A stretch of 64,000 nucleotides of DNA from Auanema rhodensis (Eukaryota > Animalia > Nematoda), in the NCBI GenBank assembly GCA_964057225.1, contig OZ059900.1, forward strand, positions 16,058,001-16,122,000, read 5' to 3'. This document shows, piece after piece, positions 57,456 to 64,000 of the stretch (position 1 is the stretch's first letter; the number at the start of each line of letters is the position of its first letter). The notes below the pieces were generated by a model. That model did no database searches and was not told the origin of the DNA. It saw only the letters and a list, made by a program, of their open reading frames with translations. Position numbers and translations under genes: made by a program.

Positions 57456-58166
57456 TTGAGTAAACTAAGTCAACGAAGTCGTATTGTAATAAAGCTGTCA
57501 TTCAAATATTTGCGTATTGCGTACTGCCTGTTTCCAATTATATTATCAGTGCAGGCTCTGAAAGTTTTTATAATCAAGGAATCACGTTCTAAATATTATA
57601 ACTCGCGTACAGGAAAGTTAATTAAAAACAGAAACGAAACTATTATTGCTATTATCTATTACACAAACAGTCCGTGTTCATGAAGATTGGTATGATTGAG
57701 TAAACTAAGTCGTATTGTAATAAAGCTGTCATTCAAATGTTTGCGTATTGCGTACTGCCTGTTTCCAATTATATTATCAGTGCAGGCTCTGAAAGTTTTT
57801 ATAATCAAGGAATCACGTTCTAAATATTATAACTCGCGTACAGGAAAGTTAATTAAAAACAGAAACGAAACTATTATTGCTATTATCTATTACACAAACA
57901 GTCCCTGTTCATGAAGCTTGATATAATTGAGTAAACTAAGTCAACGAAGTCGTATTGTAATAAAGCTGTCATTCAAATATTTGCGTATTGCGTACTGCCT
58001 GTTTCCAATTATATTATCAGTGCAGGCTCTGAAAGTTTTTATAATCAAGGAATCACGTTCTAAATATTATAACTCGCGTACAGGAAAGTTAATTAAAAAC
58101 AGAAACGAAACTATTATTGCTATTATCTATTACACAAACAGTCCGTGTTCATGAAGCTTGATATAA
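57456..58166. repeat. 240/231-bp alternating monomers (471-bp dimer) in array B, first cluster
   Basis: Monomer starts are 57456, 57696 and 57927. The 9-bp insertion (AAGTC AACG AAGTC) is in alternate monomers, and all three have the TTTTTCATA to TTTTTATA 1-bp deletion. Confidence 0.9.
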
Positions 58167-61161
58167 TTGAGTAAACTAAGTCGTATTGTAATAAAGCTGT
58201 CATTCAAATGTTTGCGTATTGCCTGTTGCCAGTTATATTATCAGTGCAGGCTCTAAACATTTTTCATTATGAAGCAATCGCGTTCTAAATATGATAACTC
58301 GCGTACTGGAAAGTTAATTAAAAAAAGAAACAAAACTATCATTGCTATCATCTATTACACAAACAGTCCCTGTTCATGAAGCTTGATATGATTGAGTAAG
58401 CTAAGTCGTATTGTAATAAAGCTGTCATTCAAATATTTGCGTATCGCGTACTGCCTGTTTCCAGTTATATTATCAGTGCAGGCACTAAAAATTTTTCATA
58501 ATCAAGGAATCACGTTCTAAATATTATAACTCGCGTACAGGAAAGTTAATTAAAAACAGAAACGAAACTATTATTGCTATTATCTATTACACAAACAGTC
58601 CGTGTTCATGAAGATTGGTATGATTGAGTAAACTAAGTCGTATTGTAATAAAGCTGTCATTCAAATGTTTGCGTATTGCGTACTGCCTGTTTCCAATTAT
58701 ATTATCAGTGCAGGCTCTGAAAGTTTTTCATTATCAAGGAATCGCGTTCTAAATATTATAACTCGCGTACTGGAAAGTTAATTAAAAAAAGAAACGAAAC
58801 TATCCTTGCTATCATCTATTGCACAAACAGTCCGTGTTCATGAAGCTTGATATGATTGAGTAAACTAAGTCGTATTGTAATAAAGCTGTCATTCAAATGT
58901 TTGCGTATTGCGTACTGCCTGTTTCCAATTATATTATCAGTGCAGGCTCTGAAAGTTTTTCATTATCAAGGAATCGCGTTCTAAATATTATAACTCGCGT
59001 ACTGGAAAGTTAATTAAAAAAAGAAACGAAACTATCCTTGCTATCATCTATTGCACAAGCAGTCCGTGTTCATGAAGCTTGGTATAATTGAGTAAACTAA
59101 GTCGTATTGTAATAAAGCTGTCATTCAAATGTTTGCGTATTGCGTACTGCCTGTTTCCAATTATATTATCAGTGCAGGCTCTGAAAGTTTTTCATTATCA
59201 AGGAATCGCGTTCTAAATATTATAACTCGCGTACAGGTAAGTTAATTAAAAACAGAAACGAAACTATTATTGCTATTATCTATTACACAAACAGTCCGTG
59301 TTTATGAAGATTGGTATGATTGAGTAAACTAAGTCGTATTGTAATAAAGCTGTCATTCAAATGTTTGCGTATTGCGTACTGCCTGTTTCCAATTATATTA
59401 TCAGTGCAGGCTCTGAAAGTTTTTCATAATCAAGGAATCACGTTCTAAATATTATAACTCGCGTACAGGAAAGTTAATTAAAAACAGAAACGAAACTATT
59501 ATTGCTATTATATATTACACAAGCAGTCCGTGTTCATGAAGCTTGATATAATTGAGTAAACTAAGTCGTATTGTAATAAAGCTGTCATTCAAATGTTTGC
59601 GTATTGCGTACTGCCTGTTTCCAATTATATTATCAGTGCAGGCTCTGAAAGTTTTTCATAATCAAGGAATCACGTTCTAAATATTATAACTCGCGTACAG
59701 GAAAGTTAATTAAAAACAGAAACGAAACTATTATTGCTATTATATATTACACAAGCAGTCCGTGTTCATGAAGCTTGATATAATTGAGTAAACTAAGTCG
59801 TATTGTAATAAAGCTGTCATTCAAATATTTGCGTATCGCGTACTGCCTGTTTCCAGTTATATTATCAGTGCAGGCTCTAAAAATTTTTCATAATCAAGGA
59901 ATCACGTTCTAAATATTATAACTCGCGTACAGGAAAGTTAATTAAAAACAGAAACGAAACTATTATTGCTATTATCTATTACACAAACAGTCCGTGTTCA
60001 TGAAGATTGGTATGATTGAGTAAACTAAGTCGTATTGTAATAAAGCTGTCATTCAAATGTTTGCGTATTGCCTGTTGCCAGTTATATTATCAGTGCAGGC
60101 TCTAAACATTTTTCATTATGAAGCAATCGCGTTCTAAATATTATAACTCGCGTACAGGAAAGTTAATTAAAAACAGAAACGAAACTATTATTGCTATTAT
60201 CTATTACACAAACAGTCCGTGTTCATGAAGATTGGTATGATTGAGTAAACTAAGTCGTATTGTAATAAAGCTGTCATTCAAATGTTTGCGTATTGCGTAC
60301 TGCCTGTTTCCAATTATATTATCAGTGCAGGCTCTGAAAGTTTTTCATAATCAAGGAATCACGTTCTAAATATTATAACTCGCGTACAGGAAAGTTAATT
60401 AAAAACAGAAACGAAACTATTATTGCTATTATATATTACACAAGCAGTCCGTGTTCATGAAGCTTGATATAATTGAGTAAACTAAGTCGTATTGTAATAA
60501 AGCTGTCATTCAAATGTTTGCGTATTGCGTACTGCCTGTTTCCAATTATATTATCAGTGCAGGCTCTGAAAGTTTTTCATAATCAAGGAATCACGTTCTA
60601 AATATTATAACTCGCGTACAGGAAAGTTAATTAAAAACAGAAACGAAACTATTATTGCTATTATATATTACACAAGCAGTCCGTGTTCATGAAGCTTGAT
60701 ATAATTGAGTAAACTAAGTCGTATTGTAATAAAGCTGTCATTCAAATATTTGCGTATCGCGTACTGCCTGTTTCCAGTTATATTATCAGTGCAGGCTCTA
60801 AAAATTTTTCATAATCAAGGAATCACGTTCTAAATATTATAACTCGCGTACAGGAAAGTTAATTAAAAACAGAAACGAAACTATTATTGCTATTATCTAT
60901 TACACAAACAGTCCGTGTTCATGAAGATTGGTATGATTGAGTAAACTAAGTCGTATTGTAATAAAGCTGTCATTCAAATGTTTGCGTATTGCCTGTTGCC
61001 AGTTATATTATCAGTGCAGGCTCTAAACATTTTTCATTATGAAGCAATCGCGTTCTAAATATGATAACTCGCGTACTGGAAAGTTAATTAAAAAAAGAAA
61101 CAAAACTATCATTGCTATCATCTATTACACAAACAGTCCCTGTTCATGAAGCTTGATATAA

Positions 61162-62343
61162 TTGAGTAAACTAAGTCAACGAAGTCGTATTGTAATAAAG
61201 CTGTCATTCAAATATTTGCGTATTGCGTACTGCCTGTTTCCAATTATATTATCAGTGCAGGCTCTGAAAGTTTTTATAATCAAGGAATCACGTTCTAAAT
61301 ATTATAACTCGCGTACAGGAAAGTTAATTAAAAACAGAAACGAAACTATTATTGCTATTATCTATTACACAAACAGTCCGTGTTCATGAAGATTGGTATG
61401 ATTGAGTAAACTAAGTCGTATTGTAATAAAGCTGTCATTCAAATGTTTGCGTATTGCGTACTGCCTGTTTCCAATTATATTATCAGTGCAGGCTCTGAAA
61501 GTTTTTATAATCAAGGAATCACGTTCTAAATATTATAACTCGCGTACAGGAAAGTTAATTAAAAACAGAAACGAAACTATTATTGCTATTATCTATTACA
61601 CAAACAGTCCCTGTTCATGAAGCTTGATATAATTGAGTAAACTAAGTCAACGAAGTCGTATTGTAATAAAGCTGTCATTCAAATATTTGCGTATTGCGTA
61701 CTGCCTGTTTCCAATTATATTATCAGTGCAGGCTCTGAAAGTTTTTATAATCAAGGAATCACGTTCTAAATATTATAACTCGCGTACAGGAAAGTTAATT
61801 AAAAACAGAAACGAAACTATTATTGCTATTATCTATTACACAAACAGTCCGTGTTCATGAAGATTGGTATGATTGAGTAAACTAAGTCGTATTGTAATAA
61901 AGCTGTCATTCAAATGTTTGCGTATTGCGTACTGCCTGTTTCCAATTATATTATCAGTGCAGGCTCTGAAAGTTTTTATAATCAAGGAATCACGTTCTAA
62001 ATATTATAACTCGCGTACAGGAAAGTTAATTAAAAACAGAAACGAAACTATTATTGCTATTATCTATTACACAAACAGTCCCTGTTCATGAAGCTTGATA
62101 TAATTGAGTAAACTAAGTCAACGAAGTCGTATTGTAATAAAGCTGTCATTCAAATATTTGCGTATTGCGTACTGCCTGTTTCCAATTATATTATCAGTGC
62201 AGGCTCTGAAAGTTTTTATAATCAAGGAATCACGTTCTAAATATTATAACTCGCGTACAGGAAAGTTAATTAAAAACAGAAACGAAACTATTATTGCTAT
62301 TATCTATTACACAAACAGTCCGTGTTCATGAAGCTTGATATAA
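61162..62343. repeat. 240/231-bp alternating monomers (471-bp dimer) in array B, second cluster with one extra dimer
   Basis: Monomer starts are 61162, 61402, 61633, 61873 and 62104. The upstream monomer order matches that of the first cluster at offset 3706 (56534/60240). Confidence 0.9.
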
Positions 62344-64000
62344 TTGAGTAAACTAAGTCGTATTGTAATAAAGCTGTCATTCAAATGTTTGCGTATTGCC
62401 TGTTGCCAGTTATATTATCAGTGCAGGCTCTAAACATTTTTCATTATGAAGCAATCGCGTTCTAAATATGATAACTCGCGTACTGGAAAGTTAATTAAAA
62501 AAAGAAACAAAACTATCATTGCTATCATCTATTACACAAACAGTCCCTGTTCATGAAGCTTGATATAATTGAGTAAACTAAGTCGTATTGTAATAAAGCT
62601 GTCATTCAAATGTTTGCGTATTGCCTGTTGCCAGTTATATTATCAGTGCAGGCTCTAAACATTTTTCATTATGAAGCAATCGCGTTCTAAATATGATAAC
62701 TCGCGTACTGGAAAGTTAATTAAAAAAAGAAACAAAACTATCATTGCTATCATCTATTACACAAACAGTCCCTGTTCATGAAGCTTGATATGATTGAGTA
62801 AGCTAAGTCGTATTGTAATAAAGCTGTCATTCAAATATTTGCGTATTGCCTGTTGCCAGTTATATTATCAGTGCAGGCTCTGAAAGTTTTTATAATCAAG
62901 GAATCACGTTCTAAATATTATAACTCGCGTACAGGAAAGTTAATTAAAAACAGAAACGAAACTATTATTGCTATTATCTATTACACAAACAGTCCCTGTT
63001 CATGAAGCTTGATATAATTGAGTAAACTAAGTCGTATTGTAATAAAGCTGTCATTCAAATGTTTGCGTATTGCCTGTTGCCAGTTATATTATCAGTGCAG
63101 GCTCTGAAAGTTTTTATAATCAAGGAATCACGTTCTAAATATTATAACTCGCGTACAGGAAAGTTAATTAAAAACAGAAACGAAACTATTATTGCTATTA
63201 TCTATTACACAAACAGTCCCTGTTCATGAAGCTTGATATAATTGAGTAAACTAAGTCAACGAAGTCGTATTGTAATAAAGCTGTCATTCAAATATTTGCG
63301 TATCGCGTACTGCCTGTTTCCAGATATATTATCAGTGCAGGCAATAAAAATTTTTCATAATCAAGGAATCACGTTCTAAATATTATAACTCGCGTACAGG
63401 AAAGTTAATTAAAAACAGAAACGAAACTATTATTGCTATTATCTATTACACAAACAGTCCGTGTTCATGAAGATTGGTATGATTGAGTAAACTAAGTCGT
63501 ATTGTAATAAAGCTGTCATTCAAATATTTGCGTATTGCGTACTGCCTGTTTCCAATTATATTATCAGTGCAGGCTCTAAAAGTTTTTATAATCAAGGAAT
63601 CACGTTCTAAATATTATAACTCGCGTACAGGAAAGTTAATTAAAAACAGAAACGAAACTATTATTGCTATTATCTATTACACAAACAGTCCGTGTTCATG
63701 AAGATTGGTATGATTGAGTAAACTAAGTCGTATTGTAATAAAGCTGTCATTCAAATGTTTGCGTATTGTGTACTGCCTGTTTCCAATTATATTATCAGTG
63801 CAGGCTCTGAAAGATTTTATAATCAAGGAATCACGTTCTAAATATTATAACTCGCGTACAGGAAAGTTAATTAAAAACAGAAACGAAACTATTATTGCTA
63901 TTATCTATTACACAAACAGTCCGTGTTCATGAAGATTGGTATGATTGAGTAAACTAAGTCGTATTGTAATAAAGCTGTCATTCAAATGTTTGCGTATTGC

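Larger units (their letters stand above)
46140..64000. repeat. Satellite array B: ~77 tandem copies of a ~232-bp monomer (length variants about 224-241 bp; continues right of the window)
   Basis: ATTGAGTAA(A/G)CTAAGTC recurs at 46211, 46443, 46675 and 46907 (period 232), then at 47132 (225, due to a 7-bp deletion). Later 231- and 240-bp variants occur. Monomers are more divergent from each other than in array A. Confidence 0.99.

Noticed and set aside
57456-63932. Ten 72-75 aa ORFs as protein-coding genes
   Set aside because: Each coincides with one satellite monomer and starts at TTG. They exist only where a 1-bp deletion shifts the frame, and most homologous monomers are frame-disrupted. 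I recognise no domain.
1-64000. CRISPR array or other prokaryotic repeat system
   Set aside because: There are no unique spacers, the units are 230-340 bp and contiguous, and no cas or other genes are present.

Overview
This window is entirely eukaryotic-type tandem satellite DNA. I see no credible genes, RNA genes, transposons or CRISPR arrays. It holds two apparently unrelated AT-rich satellite arrays joined directly. Array A (1-46127) has about 135 head-to-tail copies of a 342-bp monomer (~34% GC) with nearly invariant length. Array B (46140-64000, running off the window) has about 77 copies of a ~232-bp monomer with frequent indels (224-241 bp). A 12-bp linker (46128-46139) joins them. 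Diagnostic SNPs show nested higher-order structure. Array A has a cyclic 3- to 5-monomer variant order, a 3420-bp (10-monomer) tandem duplication, and a 12,312-bp (36-monomer) tandem duplication forming a central domain with its own variant set and two private substitutions at its breakpoint. Array B has a 2292-bp 10-mer duplication, 921-bp 4-mers, and 457/471-bp dimers. The A monomer appears to be a degenerate ~171-bp dimer tiled with dyad symmetries. The listed ORFs are TTG-initiated by-products of a 1-bp deletion in some B monomers. The layout is typical of (peri)centromeric heterochromatin. I cannot assign the organism, the satellite family or centromere function from sequence alone.
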